A DNA stretch of 64,000 nt from an uncultured Gammaproteobacteria bacterium (GCA_964406775.1 CAYOSW010000004.1:7392-71391); one strand, 5' to 3'. Numbered from the stretch's first letter, positions 19,091 to 29,674 are shown. The notes: generated by a model from the sequence alone, not told the origin. A program made the numbers and translations.

Positions 19091-20770
19091 ATGGGGATTG
19101 CCGACCAAATTAAGAGTATTATCAAAGGCGAGGTTGTAGATGATGACGAAGTACTCGAAACATACTCAAAAGATGCCTCTATCTTTAAGGTAAAACCTCA
19201 GGCAGTAGTATTCCCCCAGGATGCTCAGGATATCGCAAATCTCGTAAAATTCTGCACGGATTACCCAGGATATTCCCTCACCCCGAGAGCAGCGGCAACC
19301 TGTATGTCAGGCGGAGCGATCAACGATTCAATCATTCTCGATATGACGCGTCACTTTAATAAGGTGGTGAGTGTAACCGAAGTCTCGGCCATTACTCAGC
19401 CCGGTGTTTTCTACCGGGATTTTGAAAAAGAGACCTTAAAAAAGGGTGTCCTCCTCCCCTGCTATACGTCGTCGCGTGAACTGAATACAGTAGGGGGGAT
19501 GGTCGGAAATAACTCGGCAGGAGAAAAATCTCTTTCTTATGGTCAAACTGAAAAATATGTTTCACGCTTAAAGGCGGTCCTATCTGATGGTAAAGAGTAT
19601 GAATTTTATCCAATAGATAAACAGAGCTTGAGTAAAAAAAGTCTGCAAAATGATTTCGAGGGTAGTTTATACAAACAAATTTCCGAACTGGTTTTCAAAA
19701 ATGAGGCTACTATTAGGGACGCTGAGCCTAAAACGAGCAAAAATTCAACCGGTTATTATCTTTGGAAGGTTTGGGACGGCCAAATGTTTGATATGACAAA
19801 GCTCATTGTCGGCTCTCAGGGAACATTAGGCATCGTTACTCAAATAGAATTCAAGCTTGTTAAGCCTAAAACCAGCACGGCAATGCTTGAGATAGAAATG
19901 CCTAATCTAGATAACCTTGATAAAATCGTATCCAGGGTTTTGGAATTTCTACCGGAGAGTTTTGAGTGTTTTGATGATGCTACCTTAAAAACATCCTTAA
20001 AATACCTCCCGGACATTGAAAAGGAGTTCAAAAAAATACACGGAATGGCGGTTTATTACCGTTTTTTCCCTGAATTTGTTGAAATGCTCATAGGAAAGCT
20101 GCCTAAATTGGTGTTAATTGCCGAATTCACAGCTGAAGATCCGGAGCAAGCAAAGCTGCAGGCTGAAAAAGCTCTCGGGGGAATCGCCGAATTTAATGTT
20201 AAGTCTCGGGTTGTTCTCTCGAATGAGGAAGAAAAATACTGGATAATAAGAAGAAACAGTTTTAACATCTTAAGACACCATTCAGGGCATAAATTACGCA
20301 CGGCACCGTTTATAGACGATATTATTATCAACCCTTCTGTTTTGCCTGCCTTCCTTCCCCGCCTGAAAACAGTTCTTGATAAATATAAAGGCAAAATTAT
20401 CTATACGCTTGCCGGACATATCGGCAACGGAAATTTCCATATTATCCCCTTAATGGATCTTTCAAACCCCGAAATAGTCGGCGTAATACCCGAATTATCG
20501 CGGGAAGTGTTTGATTTAGTCTTGGAATATAAGGGATCAATTGCGGCCGAACATAACGACGGAATGGTCCGGGGTATTTACCTTGAAAAGATGTTCGGCG
20601 CAAGGATGGTTGAGCTGTTTAAGGATGTAAAACAAATTTTTGATCCCAGAAATATCTTTAATCCGCATAAAAAAACGAATGCGACGATTGAATTTAATAA
20701 TGAGCATATAGATACCGGACTGACATTTAAAAAAGTAGAGGATTACTCTAACGTACCTAATTCAAAATGA
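19091..20770 (+). CDS. FAD-binding oxidoreductase (GlcD/D-lactate dehydrogenase family); start likely ATG 19091
   Basis: YSKDAS, GGMVGNN, GSQGTLG, GHIGNGNFH, AEHNDG, FDPRNIFNP. Confidence 0.88.
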   Translation: MGIADQIKSIIKGEVVDDDEVLETYSKDASIFKVKPQAVVFPQDAQDIANLVKFCTDYPGYSLTPRAAATCMSGGAINDSIILDMTRHFNKVVSVTEVSAITQPGVFYRDFEKETLKKGVLLPCYTSSRELNTVGGMVGNNSAGEKSLSYGQTEKYVSRLKAVLSDGKEYEFYPIDKQSLSKKSLQNDFEGSLYKQISELVFKNEATIRDAEPKTSKNSTGYYLWKVWDGQMFDMTKLIVGSQGTLGIVTQIEFKLVKPKTSTAMLEIEMPNLDNLDKIVSRVLEFLPESFECFDDATLKTSLKYLPDIEKEFKKIHGMAVYYRFFPEFVEMLIGKLPKLVLIAEFTAEDPEQAKLQAEKALGGIAEFNVKSRVVLSNEEEKYWIIRRNSFNILRHHSGHKLRTAPFIDDIIINPSVLPAFLPRLKTVLDKYKGKIIYTLAGHIGNGNFHIIPLMDLSNPEIVGVIPELSREVFDLVLEYKGSIAAEHNDGMVRGIYLEKMFGARMVELFKDVKQIFDPRNIFNPHKKTNATIEFNNEHIDTGLTFKKVEDYSNVPNSK

Positions 20771-21324
20771 AAACAAAAATCCCTCCTCAGGCTAAAATGG
20801 CTTTTAAAGGCAAGATTTTTGATGTTTATCAGTGGGAGCAGGAGCTATACGATAATTCAACAGCAATATTTGAGTCACTAAAAAGATCCGATACGGTAAC
20901 GGTAATCCCTGTTACAAGCGAGGGTAAAATTATGCTTATTGAAGAAGAACAGCCTCAAATCCCCCTGCATTTAAAAAATATTGCCGGAAAAGTAGACCCA
21001 GGAGAGGAGCCTGAGGAAACGGCCAGAAGAGAGCTCCTTGAGGAAACTGGTTATGATTGCGGGGAACTTAAGCTTTGGTACGAGCAAAATTTAGTTTATA
21101 AAATCGATTGGACTGTTTATACATATGTTGCAAAAAACTGCAAAAAAGTAGCGGATCAAAACCTCGAGGCAGGAGAAAGAATTACACCGATTCTGCTCGA
21201 TTTTGACGGATTCATAGAAAAAGTGACGGCAGAAGATTTCCCCAATCTGGCATTAAAAGTCAAAGTTCTTGAAGCCAAATTAGACCCCGGAAAAATGAAA
21301 GAGCTCAAAACTCTTTTGCAGTGA
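20767..21324 (+). CDS. NUDIX hydrolase (ADP-ribose pyrophosphatase-like)
   Basis: Nudix box GKVDPGEEPEETARRELLEETG. Confidence 0.92.
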   Translation: MKTKIPPQAKMAFKGKIFDVYQWEQELYDNSTAIFESLKRSDTVTVIPVTSEGKIMLIEEEQPQIPLHLKNIAGKVDPGEEPEETARRELLEETGYDCGELKLWYEQNLVYKIDWTVYTYVAKNCKKVADQNLEAGERITPILLDFDGFIEKVTAEDFPNLALKVKVLEAKLDPGKMKELKTLLQ

Positions 21325-22294
21325 TATTTTTATTTTCCTTTAATTTTTCTTGCATTTTATTTGAGCTTAATAAGCCTGCCTGAGCTCCTATTTGCTCAAC
21401 AACCGAAGCCGAATTAGCCGCCCCCCAGCGCATAGCCTCGCTTAAGTCATATCCGCCTGCAAGCCCAGCTAAGGTCCCGGTTGCATACGCATCCCCCGCA
21501 CCTGTCATCTCAACCAGTTTTGCCGGAAAAGGCTCCAATTTATAATATTTCTCCCCGTCAAAGCCGAACGACCCTTTACCTCCGTCTGTTATCACAACGT
21601 TTTTCGGTCCCAAAGCCCCGATCCCGGAGAGCAGTTTCTTAATCGGTACAGGAACTTTTAGCTCGTGACCCAAAAAATGTATGGCTTCTTCAACATTCAC
21701 TATAAAAAAATCGGCAGAGGACAGTATACGGTGCTGTTTTTTGGCACCCAGCTTGACCTGAAATGTGCCGGGTTGGTAGGCAAGCTTTGCGCCTGTTCTC
21801 TCTATGTAATTTAACAACTGGTTTATTACCGGAGTCTCGGTATAATTTGGAGCCATAGAGGTCAGATAAATCCATCTGGATTTCTCAAGATCGGGAAGTT
21901 CGAATTTAAAAGGCTGGTGATGAACCAAAATTGTTCTCTCGCCTTTAAAAGTCAGAACAATATTGTGGTTTGAGGGAAAATCATCAGTCTCCATAACATA
22001 TCTTATATCCACACCCTCTTTTTTTAATTTGGCCTTAATTCTATCGTCATTTTGATCATCATCTTTATACCCGACATTGGTATAAATAGCGGATTTAAGA
22101 CCCAGGCGGGATGCTCCGACTGCATTATTTGCGGCATTCCCCGCCACAACCGAAATTCCATCCTCAACAGGAATTTTCTGACCATACCGCAGACCTATAT
22201 ATATCTCTTTGCCTTCACTGAAAATTCTAGCATCATCTAGGGGAATATATGTATCGATAACCGTGTCTCCTATTGAAATCAGATCGTAGGTCAT
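21305..22294 (-). CDS. PfkB-family carbohydrate kinase
   Basis: AGNAANNA, NVEEA, TDGGKG, MTGAGDAYATG. Confidence 0.92.
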   Translation of the reverse strand: MTYDLISIGDTVIDTYIPLDDARIFSEGKEIYIGLRYGQKIPVEDGISVVAGNAANNAVGASRLGLKSAIYTNVGYKDDDQNDDRIKAKLKKEGVDIRYVMETDDFPSNHNIVLTFKGERTILVHHQPFKFELPDLEKSRWIYLTSMAPNYTETPVINQLLNYIERTGAKLAYQPGTFQVKLGAKKQHRILSSADFFIVNVEEAIHFLGHELKVPVPIKKLLSGIGALGPKNVVITDGGKGSFGFDGEKYYKLEPFPAKLVEMTGAGDAYATGTLAGLAGGYDLSEAMRWGAANSASVVEQIGAQAGLLSSNKMQEKLKENKNITAKEF

Positions 22295-22297
22295 ACT

Positions 22298-23536
22298 CTA
22301 AGGATAGCGCATTTTTGCCTCAGATGGGGAGAGAACTTCTTTAATTGAATGATCATCATTTATTATGACTACCTGTTCCGTCCCGCTGTCCATAGCCAGA
22401 TTTTTAATTTGGATCCCGGGATGAACCGACCGCCAAAAGTAGTAAACAAATTCTTTAATTTGTTCGGGAGTCATACCTTTACCTTTTGCTCTTAAAACCT
22501 CCTCAGCCTGATCCCGCCACTTTAACGAGATTTGATAATCAGGCACATATAAAACATTCATAAATTCAATTAATTCCCAAAGCGGTGTATAAGTATTAAG
22601 TTTTTTATTTATGAATTTAGCAAACGCTCTCGCCTCTTCGGTCTCAAGCGCCGGAAGGCCAGAATCAAAAACCGTCTCATTTGTCACTTCTCTTGCTCCG
22701 ACCATCCATCCGTCATAAAAAATATAGTCCGGTTTTTGCCAAACAACCCTCCAGCCGCGGGGCAGTTCCTTCTTGTCTACAGCGATTTCGTCCTGTCCGC
22801 CGACAAAATAAACCGCTCCGCTGTCTTTTCCTAAAATTGTAATCTGGTTTTGACCGGGAGTATTTAAAAAAGCAATTAATTCATCTGGTAAGAAACCGGA
22901 AAGTACTGGCAAAAAAGAACCCATATCTGAGGGCAGATCCAAATTCCTTCCGGCAAATTCCGAAGCCAGTATTTTTAGGGCAGGAACTTTTTGAAGCTGT
23001 TTATTAATCATCAGTTCAGCCTCTTCAACTTTGGCGATAACCTTCAGATCATCGACAGGATTAATCCAGGCCAGTCTATCCCCGTCACCGCTCTGGATCC
23101 CCTTATCATATCCCGACACCAGCACAGGCTCATCGGTATAGTTAATCAGGTCATTCAAATTTTTAACAGCCAATGGAACATCGTGAGTAACACCTCTTCT
23201 TATGAATCTCGGATCGGAATTCCGCAGACTGGTAAGTTCTTTATGAGTAATATAGTGGTCGTCTATTGAGAGACTGACTGAAGACTTTTTATAAAACCCC
23301 AGCAGTATTTCCAAAATCTCCCCCTGGGTTGTTTTACCGGCTCCCTGGATCGCTGATACCCCAACTACCAGTCCCTTTCCTGAGCCGATTTCTTCTTTCA
23401 GCTTCAATAACTTTTGGACATAAGGTAAATAATAGAGTTCAAGATCTTTTTTTAAAGAATCCGATAAAATTTCCGGTCTTTTTTCGAGCAGAGGTTCAAA
23501 AATTCCGAAATCGGAATCAATATTAAAGTCCATCAC
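22298..23536 (-). CDS. P-loop kinase, plant/cyanobacterial-type D-glycerate 3-kinase (GLYK/Tda10)-like, with a large insertion
   Basis: AIQGAGKTT, SIDDHY, RGVTHD, YDKG..GDGDR, DGWMVG, WRDQAE. Confidence 0.7.
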   Translation of the reverse strand: MMDFNIDSDFGIFEPLLEKRPEILSDSLKKDLELYYLPYVQKLLKLKEEIGSGKGLVVGVSAIQGAGKTTQGEILEILLGFYKKSSVSLSIDDHYITHKELTSLRNSDPRFIRRGVTHDVPLAVKNLNDLINYTDEPVLVSGYDKGIQSGDGDRLAWINPVDDLKVIAKVEEAELMINKQLQKVPALKILASEFAGRNLDLPSDMGSFLPVLSGFLPDELIAFLNTPGQNQITILGKDSGAVYFVGGQDEIAVDKKELPRGWRVVWQKPDYIFYDGWMVGAREVTNETVFDSGLPALETEEARAFAKFINKKLNTYTPLWELIEFMNVLYVPDYQISLKWRDQAEEVLRAKGKGMTPEQIKEFVYYFWRSVHPGIQIKNLAMDSGTEQVVIINDDHSIKEVLSPSEAKMRYP

Positions 23537-23578
23537 TCTAATATTTATATCATAAAGTTATGATGAAGGTTTGAAAGA

Positions 23579-24346
23579 TTATTGAAGAAGAGAATCGATT
23601 TCAGATTTGAATGCGGCGTATGGCTGAGCTCCGACAACTAATTTTCCTTCAACTTCCGATCCTGTTGATTTGGCGATTATAAAACTGGGGGTACCGGAAG
23701 CTCCGGCATTTCCGGCATCAGCTAAGTCTTTGGCAACTTCATCCTTATATTTTTCAGTGTCCACACAAGTTTTAAAATTATCTACATTTAATCCTTGCTG
23801 TCCAGCAAAAGTATTGAGCTGATCCTTAGTCAAACCGGTTCCGTTCGAGGTAGTATTTTCAAACATAGTATCGTGCAGTTTCCAGTAAGCTTTGTCACCA
23901 CCCTGCTCTCTTGCGCAGTTAGCTGCAATTGCCTCGGTTGTAGCCATAGGATCGTGGAAAGATAAAGGAAGATCGCGGAAAACAATTTTTACTTTTCCGG
24001 TATCAACATAGTCCTTGGTCAGCTGAACGTGAGTTTGATCGTAGTGTCTTTTGCAGAAAGGGCATTCGTAATCCGAGAATTCAACAATCGTAACCGGAGC
24101 ATTAGGATCACCCAAAACAGGATCATCATCAAGCGAAACCTTGACCGGTCCTGTAGGCTCTTCCGGAGCCGCCGCTATCGGGGCTGATGAGGCTGCAGCA
24201 GCAGGTCCTGTACCTGTTGTGCCCGTATTAAATCCTTTGATCTTTACGGCTCCGCCGCTAACCAAAATTGCTATGGAAATAAGGAAGGAGCCTATTAAAA
24301 TTGCTATTGGGGTTGTAACTAAAGGGTTATTCTTTTCCGTTTCCAT
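23579..24346 (-). CDS. DsbA-family membrane-anchored thiol-disulfide oxidoreductase
   Basis: EFSDYECPFC, GTPSF, GAQPY. Confidence 0.92.
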   Translation of the reverse strand: METEKNNPLVTTPIAILIGSFLISIAILVSGGAVKIKGFNTGTTGTGPAAAASSAPIAAAPEEPTGPVKVSLDDDPVLGDPNAPVTIVEFSDYECPFCKRHYDQTHVQLTKDYVDTGKVKIVFRDLPLSFHDPMATTEAIAANCAREQGGDKAYWKLHDTMFENTTSNGTGLTKDQLNTFAGQQGLNVDNFKTCVDTEKYKDEVAKDLADAGNAGASGTPSFIIAKSTGSEVEGKLVVGAQPYAAFKSEIDSLLQ

Positions 24347-24437
24347 AATTATAAGTTGTTTACCGATATTACAGAATCTTCATAACTTTGTAAACCCCGA
24401 ATAAATGTCCGGAGCGTGCCTGCGCCTTGCAAAGTGA

Positions 24438-24650
24438 TTAAGCAGTTTTTACCTGATAACCGGTTTTCTTGATACTCTCAATTAAAACTTCTTCCTGTAT
24501 CTTACTCTCGTCAAACTCTATCTCTGTAAGCTGTTTAGCATAGCTGGTTTTTGATGATTTTACTCCGCTTAAATCCTCCAGATCAAAATCAATATTCATC
24601 GCACAAGCTGTGCAATTCATACCTGAAATTTTAAAAATAACTTTTTTCAT
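24438..24650 (-). CDS. copZ: Heavy-metal-associated (CopZ-like) chaperone
   Basis: GMNCTAC HMA motif, 70 aa, last gene of the copper operon. Confidence 0.88.
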   Translation of the reverse strand: MKKVIFKISGMNCTACAMNIDFDLEDLSGVKSSKTSYAKQLTEIEFDESKIQEEVLIESIKKTGYQVKTA

Positions 24651-24652
24651 AG

Positions 24653-25693
24653 TTAAATTACCTCAATCGTTCCCGTATACATCCCCATAGAACACGTAAA
24701 AGCAATTTTCCCTTTTTCCATAGGAGTAAAGGTTAAAACTTCGGTGGTATTGGGCTGGACGTTTTTGCCGATTTTTAAGGAAGGGATCCGGAAAGCAGCT
24801 GCACAATTATAGGCATCTTTTGATACCAGACTCAGGTTAACGGGCACTCCCTGTTTTACTTTAAGATATGTCGGCGAATATCCTTTTGAATTAATCTCAA
24901 TTGTGGCATTTTGGACCCCGTTTTCAACTAACGCCTCCCCGCCGGGAGTTTCCTGGACCGATCCTCCTAATGATATTTCAATAGGAGAGTTCGCATATAA
25001 ATTCTGGAGCGAAAAAGAGGATCCGGAAACGACCAGAGCGCCGTTTAATGAAGTTATCCCGAGGTAAATAACAAGAATTGCCGCCAGTCTTAAGAATCTT
25101 CCGCGAAACTTATCGCCTAAAACCGAAGTTAGGGTTCCGAGTCCGAAAAACAGGGGAGAGGTGCCGAGAATAAAGAAAAACATAATTAACATTCCGTAAA
25201 AAGCACTCCCTGAGGAAATTGCGAGCGCCTCCATTGCAAGTGTGGTACCGCAGGGGATAAAAACAGTCATTGCACCGAGCAGGGCAGGCGCAAAGATATC
25301 TTTTGACTTGGATTGATTTTTGACAAGCCTTGTCAAAAATCTCGGGGGCTGAAAAACTACATACCTAAAAAAAGGATGCACATTCAATAGATTAAACCCG
25401 ACCGCTATCATATAAATTCCCGCGATTCCCTGCATCCAGATCTGGACACTCTGGCTGATATTTAACAGTCCTCCGAAAGCGCCTAGAACAAATCCTAAGA
25501 GGGAATAGGTGATTAGTTTTGAGACGACAAATGCGCCCACAGGCCAGAGGGAATTTTTGATATTTTTTTTAGACTCGATCTCTTTTTCTTCCCTAGCGGC
25601 AATAATTGAGGCTAACAATCCCCCCTGAACGGCAAGACAGGTTAGACCGCCCACAGTCAGGCCCGTTAAAAATATCACCCAAAGATTGGTCAT
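24653..25693 (-). CDS. DsbD_2/TauE-like membrane protein with C-terminal cupredoxin-like domain
   Basis: TCLAVQGG, FIPCG, C-terminal 'NC...FTCSMGM'. Confidence 0.82.
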   Translation of the reverse strand: MTNLWVIFLTGLTVGGLTCLAVQGGLLASIIAAREEKEIESKKNIKNSLWPVGAFVVSKLITYSLLGFVLGAFGGLLNISQSVQIWMQGIAGIYMIAVGFNLLNVHPFFRYVVFQPPRFLTRLVKNQSKSKDIFAPALLGAMTVFIPCGTTLAMEALAISSGSAFYGMLIMFFFILGTSPLFFGLGTLTSVLGDKFRGRFLRLAAILVIYLGITSLNGALVVSGSSFSLQNLYANSPIEISLGGSVQETPGGEALVENGVQNATIEINSKGYSPTYLKVKQGVPVNLSLVSKDAYNCAAAFRIPSLKIGKNVQPNTTEVLTFTPMEKGKIAFTCSMGMYTGTIEVI

Positions 25694-27919
25694 TTAAATT
25701 TTTATCCTCTTTAGTAAAAGTGAATTACTTACAACTGAGATTGAGCTGAGAGCCATAGCTGCTGAGGCAAAGATCGGATTCATAAGTATTCCCCAAAACG
25801 GAAATAAAACTCCCATAGCTACGGGAATCAGGACTACATTATAACCGAATGCCCAGAATAAATTCATCTTTATCGTACTCATTGTTTGCTTTGAAAGTTC
25901 AATTGATGAGGCAACAGAACCGAGATCCTTATTAATCAGAGTTATTCCTGCAGCTTCAATAGCCACATCTGTCCCCGTACCCATAGCAATTCCTACATCG
26001 GAAGCGGCAAGAGCAGGCGCATCATTAATCCCGTCACCTACCATAGCCACTATTTTTCCTTCACCCTGAATCTTTTTAACTTCCGATTCTTTATCACCCG
26101 GCAATACCTCTGCCAAAACCCGGCTGATGCCCGCCTGTTTAGCTATTGCCTCCGCAGCACGCCTGTTATCTCCGGTTATCATCACAACTTCAATTTTTTT
26201 ATCCTGCAGGGCTTTAACTCCATCTCTTGCCGAGGGCTTCAGAGTGTCTGCAACCGCAATCAAACCTAAGATTGTCTTACCTTCAGCCAGCACCATAACT
26301 GTTTTCCCTTGACTTTCAAAATCTTCTATCTCTGGGTTAAATTTTGATAAATCAATATTTTCCTTCTCCATCAATTTCGTGTTTCCCAATTTGTAAAACT
26401 GATCTTTAATTATTCCTTCAATTCCAAAGCCTGGTATGGCTTTAAAGTTTCTTACTTCGCTCAGTTTTGAATCATTAAATCTATAGCTCTCTGCTTCTCG
26501 CAAAATAGCTTCAGCCAATGAGTGTTCCGATCCTTTCTCTAATGAGGCTGCAAGATAAAAGAAATCTGCTGACTTCATTTTAGAAGCAAATATTTTGTGA
26601 TCTGTAACTTTCGGTTTACCTATTGTTAGTGTTCCTGTTTTATCAAAGATCACCGTATTAACTTTGTGCGCAATTTCCAGGCTTTGAGCATCCTTTATTA
26701 AAATTCCCCTCTCTGCAGCTTTTCCGGTTCCAACCATTATTGCAGTCGGGGTGGCCAGCCCCATAGCACAGGGGCAAGCGACTACCAGCACACTTATCAA
26801 GCTTATTAGCCCGCCCACATAATCTCCTGCAATAAAAAGCCAGCCTGCAAAAGTCAAAACAGCAATAACCAGTACGGACGGAACAAAATAAGCGGAGACC
26901 TGATCAGCTAATTTTTGAATAGGCGCCTTTGACCCCTGGGCATCCTGAACAAGCTGAATAATTTGCGCCAGCATTGTTTCCGAGCCCACTCTTGTCGCTC
27001 TCATAATAAGGCTTCCTGATTTATTCATTGAAGCACCGATTACAGCATCCCCCTTCCGTTTATCAACCGGAATACTTTCTCCCGTCACTAAAGATTCATC
27101 AACAGACGACTCCCCTTCGGTAATTACGCCGTCAACCGGAATTTTTTCGCCCGGGCGGACTCTAATTAGATTGCCGTGAACGACCTGCTCAATCGGAATA
27201 TCAGCTTCTTTACCGTCTATAATCACCCGGGCAGTTTTAGCCTGCAATCCGATTAATTTTTTGATTGCATCCGAAGTATGTGATTTAGCCCTCGCCTCTA
27301 AAAATTTCCCCAGAGTGATTAATCCGATAACTACAATCGTTACGTCATAATAATTATGTTCGGTGTTTAAATATGGAGCGAGCGATTCTTCGAAAGCTGT
27401 AACTATAAAACTATAGATGAAAGCTACCGATGTACCAATCCCAACCAATGCATCCATATCAGCTCTGCCGTGTCTGATAAATCTCCACATTCCGGCAAGA
27501 TACGGTCTACCCACGGTAAAAAGCATATAAGTCGCAAGCAGAGGTAAGAGATGATGAAAAAATTCTTCGGTAATATTATTCAAAGGCAGAAAAATCTCCC
27601 AAAACATAATTAAAAAGGCAATAGAAACAGCGGAGATCGAAACAAAAACCTGTCCCCTTAAATTTTCAGGATTCTGCATATGATCGTGCCCGGACATTTC
27701 TTTATGAGAGGTGTCCATTACCAATTCGTAACCCGCATTTTTAACTGCCTCAGCCATCTTTTCTTCTGAGGTATGTCCTTTATATTTAATGGTAGCCTTA
27801 TTTGTGGCTATATTTACCGTCGCGTCGTCAACACCCTCTACCTTCCTTAAAGTTCTCTCTATTACATTAACGCAGGAGGCACAGTGCATTCCCCTAACCT
27901 CAAAAGTTTTCTTAGTCAT
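25694..27919 (-). CDS. copA: Cu(I)-translocating P1B-type ATPase
   Basis: GMHCASC, TGES, CPC, DKTGT, GDGIND, YN and MALSS Cu(I) ligands. Confidence 0.96.
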   Translation of the reverse strand: MTKKTFEVRGMHCASCVNVIERTLRKVEGVDDATVNIATNKATIKYKGHTSEEKMAEAVKNAGYELVMDTSHKEMSGHDHMQNPENLRGQVFVSISAVSIAFLIMFWEIFLPLNNITEEFFHHLLPLLATYMLFTVGRPYLAGMWRFIRHGRADMDALVGIGTSVAFIYSFIVTAFEESLAPYLNTEHNYYDVTIVVIGLITLGKFLEARAKSHTSDAIKKLIGLQAKTARVIIDGKEADIPIEQVVHGNLIRVRPGEKIPVDGVITEGESSVDESLVTGESIPVDKRKGDAVIGASMNKSGSLIMRATRVGSETMLAQIIQLVQDAQGSKAPIQKLADQVSAYFVPSVLVIAVLTFAGWLFIAGDYVGGLISLISVLVVACPCAMGLATPTAIMVGTGKAAERGILIKDAQSLEIAHKVNTVIFDKTGTLTIGKPKVTDHKIFASKMKSADFFYLAASLEKGSEHSLAEAILREAESYRFNDSKLSEVRNFKAIPGFGIEGIIKDQFYKLGNTKLMEKENIDLSKFNPEIEDFESQGKTVMVLAEGKTILGLIAVADTLKPSARDGVKALQDKKIEVVMITGDNRRAAEAIAKQAGISRVLAEVLPGDKESEVKKIQGEGKIVAMVGDGINDAPALAASDVGIAMGTGTDVAIEAAGITLINKDLGSVASSIELSKQTMSTIKMNLFWAFGYNVVLIPVAMGVLFPFWGILMNPIFASAAMALSSISVVSNSLLLKRIKI

Positions 27920-27921
27920 AG

Positions 27922-28194
27922 CTATTTATTTATCCTTTTAAACAAGGTCACAATTTCGGTCACAGCCTTTTCCTTCTCGTTTTCTATCTGGTGCGCAACG
28001 TGAGTTTCCAGATGCCTTTCCAGTAATAATGTATCCAGACTTTTTAGTGAATTTTGGATTGCCAGGCTCTGGTTTAAAAGATCGATACAATACTCGTTGT
28101 TTTCGATCATTTTCTGCAGGCCTTCAAGCTGGCCTTTAATAATGTTTAGGCGTTTATTTGCGGCCACTTTTACGTCTTCGTAATGTGATTTCAT
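27922..28194 (-). CDS. csoR: CsoR/RcnR-family metal-sensing repressor
   Basis: [18 protein letters not shown]; first gene of the copA operon. Confidence 0.9.
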   Translation of the reverse strand: MKSHYEDVKVAANKRLNIIKGQLEGLQKMIENNEYCIDLLNQSLAIQNSLKSLDTLLLERHLETHVAHQIENEKEKAVTEIVTLFKRINK

Positions 28195-28200
28195 AGAGTA

Positions 28201-28229
28201 AATGTATACCCTAGGGGGGTATATGTCAA
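28201..28229 (-). promoter_or_regulatory. Sigma70 promoter TTGACA-17-TACATT with a CsoR operator (TATACCC-N5-GGGTATA, 28205-28223) in the spacer; leaderless
   Basis: G/C-tract palindrome matching known CsoR operators; -10 ends 6 nt before the csoR ATG. Confidence 0.85.
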
Positions 28230-28393
28230 GCGGATGGTTTTGATTTGTAGAATCTATTAATTAGAAATTCTGTGTATCTGAATAAAAACATAAACGCCAT
28301 TTGAATTCCCTGGATTATAAAAGCCACAAGAAACATCAGCATAGAAAATAAAAAATCCAGAGGAAGGGCTACAGCCTGGCAGAGGTTACACAT
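28226..28393 (-). CDS. Small (55 aa) membrane protein with N-terminal CxxC, not in the ORF track
   Basis: Translated by hand: MCNLCQAVALPLDFLFSMLMFLVAFIIQGIQMAFMFLFRYTEFLINRFYKSKPSA; start overlaps the tkt stop (ATGTGTAA). Confidence 0.5.
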   Translation of the reverse strand: MCNLCQAVALPLDFLFSMLMFLVAFIIQGIQMAFMFLFRYTEFLINRFYKSKPSA

Positions 28394-29372
28394 TCTTTTT
28401 TCTTCTTAGTACTTCTAAAACCGCTTTTTTTATATTCTCCTGGGTTAATCCGAATTTTTTTAGTAGCTCTGCGGGTGTTCCGCTCTCACCGAAGGTGTCT
28501 TCTATTCCGATTCTTTTAATCGGAACCGGGAATGACTCCGAAACAGCCTCTGCAACCGCACCTCCCAACCCTCCGTTTATCTGATGCTCCTCAGCTGTCA
28601 CTATTGCACCTGTTTCCTCAGCTGCATTCAGAATTGTTTTAGTATCTAAAGGTTTAATTGTGTGGTTATTTATTACCCGAACACTTATATTATCCTTTTC
28701 CAGTTCTTTAGCGACTTTTAACGCCATATAAACCATCTGTCCGCAGGCAATTATCGTTACGTCCTTTCCCTGCATTAAGACTTCAGCTTTACCGACTTCA
28801 AAAGGCGAGTTTTCACTTGTGATTGTCGGAACTTTATCGCGGGATAATCTTAAATAGGAAGGTTTACCATTTTTGGCGATGGCCAGAGTGGCTTTTTTAG
28901 CCTCAATCCAATCCGCAGGGACAACAACAACCATATTCGGGAGAACCCGCATCATAGCTATGTCCTCAAGCGCCTGGTGCGTTGCTCCGTCAGGACCGAC
29001 CGAAATTCCGGAGTGTGATCCGACAATTTTTACCGGCTGATTGTTATAGCAGATGGTTGTTCTGATCTGCTCCCAATTTCTTCCGGGTGAAAAAGTGGCA
29101 TAAGACGAGGTAAAAGGGATTTTTCCTTCGTGAGCCATACCGGAGGCAACCGTTACTAAGTTTTGTTCGGCAACTCCGATTTCTATAAACCGCTCGGGAA
29201 ACTTTTTCTTAAAAGCCTCCATCCTGGTTGATTCGGTAAGATCAGCACAAAGCCCAACCACATTAGGATTTTCCTCCCCGGCAATAACCAACCCCTCCCC
29301 GAACCCATCCCTCGAGGGTTTCATTTCAATATCCTCATCAAATAATTTAGGATTTAGGGTAATATTTGTCAT
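28386..29372 (-). CDS. Transketolase, C-terminal subunit
   Basis: ADLTES, GVAEQN, DGATHQ, EEHQ, FGESG. Confidence 0.95.
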   Translation of the reverse strand: MTNITLNPKLFDEDIEMKPSRDGFGEGLVIAGEENPNVVGLCADLTESTRMEAFKKKFPERFIEIGVAEQNLVTVASGMAHEGKIPFTSSYATFSPGRNWEQIRTTICYNNQPVKIVGSHSGISVGPDGATHQALEDIAMMRVLPNMVVVVPADWIEAKKATLAIAKNGKPSYLRLSRDKVPTITSENSPFEVGKAEVLMQGKDVTIIACGQMVYMALKVAKELEKDNISVRVINNHTIKPLDTKTILNAAEETGAIVTAEEHQINGGLGGAVAEAVSESFPVPIKRIGIEDTFGESGTPAELLKKFGLTQENIKKAVLEVLRRKKNV

Positions 29373-29373
29373 A

Positions 29374-29664
29374 TTATCTTTTTACATAATTTCTCAAAAA
29401 CCTTCTGTTGATCATAAAGAATAATATAAAAGGAACGATGATAGTAAAGATTTTTAGTATTGGTTGTAAAACAGATGGAATAAAGCAATGACTAAAATCC
29501 AGTTCAGGATTTATAACTACACCAAGACCAGGTAATGGACAAACAAGAACAACATTCTGAAGATTGCTTAACACTAAAAATTGATTATAAAGTAAATCCA
29601 CTGAAAGAAGTAAAAACCAAGTAAAAATAATACTTAAAAGTATTGATAAGATATTTATTGCCAT
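29374..29664 (-). CDS. Hypothetical 2-TM membrane protein
   Basis: 96 aa hydrophobic ORF tightly packed between the transketolase halves. Confidence 0.55.
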   Translation of the reverse strand: MAINILSILLSIIFTWFLLLSVDLLYNQFLVLSNLQNVVLVCPLPGLGVVINPELDFSHCFIPSVLQPILKIFTIIVPFILFFMINRRFLRNYVKR

Positions 29665-29674
29665 AAAATTTAGA

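Noticed and set aside
22750-23080. Kinase insertion as a possible intein
   Set aside because: No N-terminal Cys/Ser block, no His-Asn C-terminus and no LAGLIDADG motif seen
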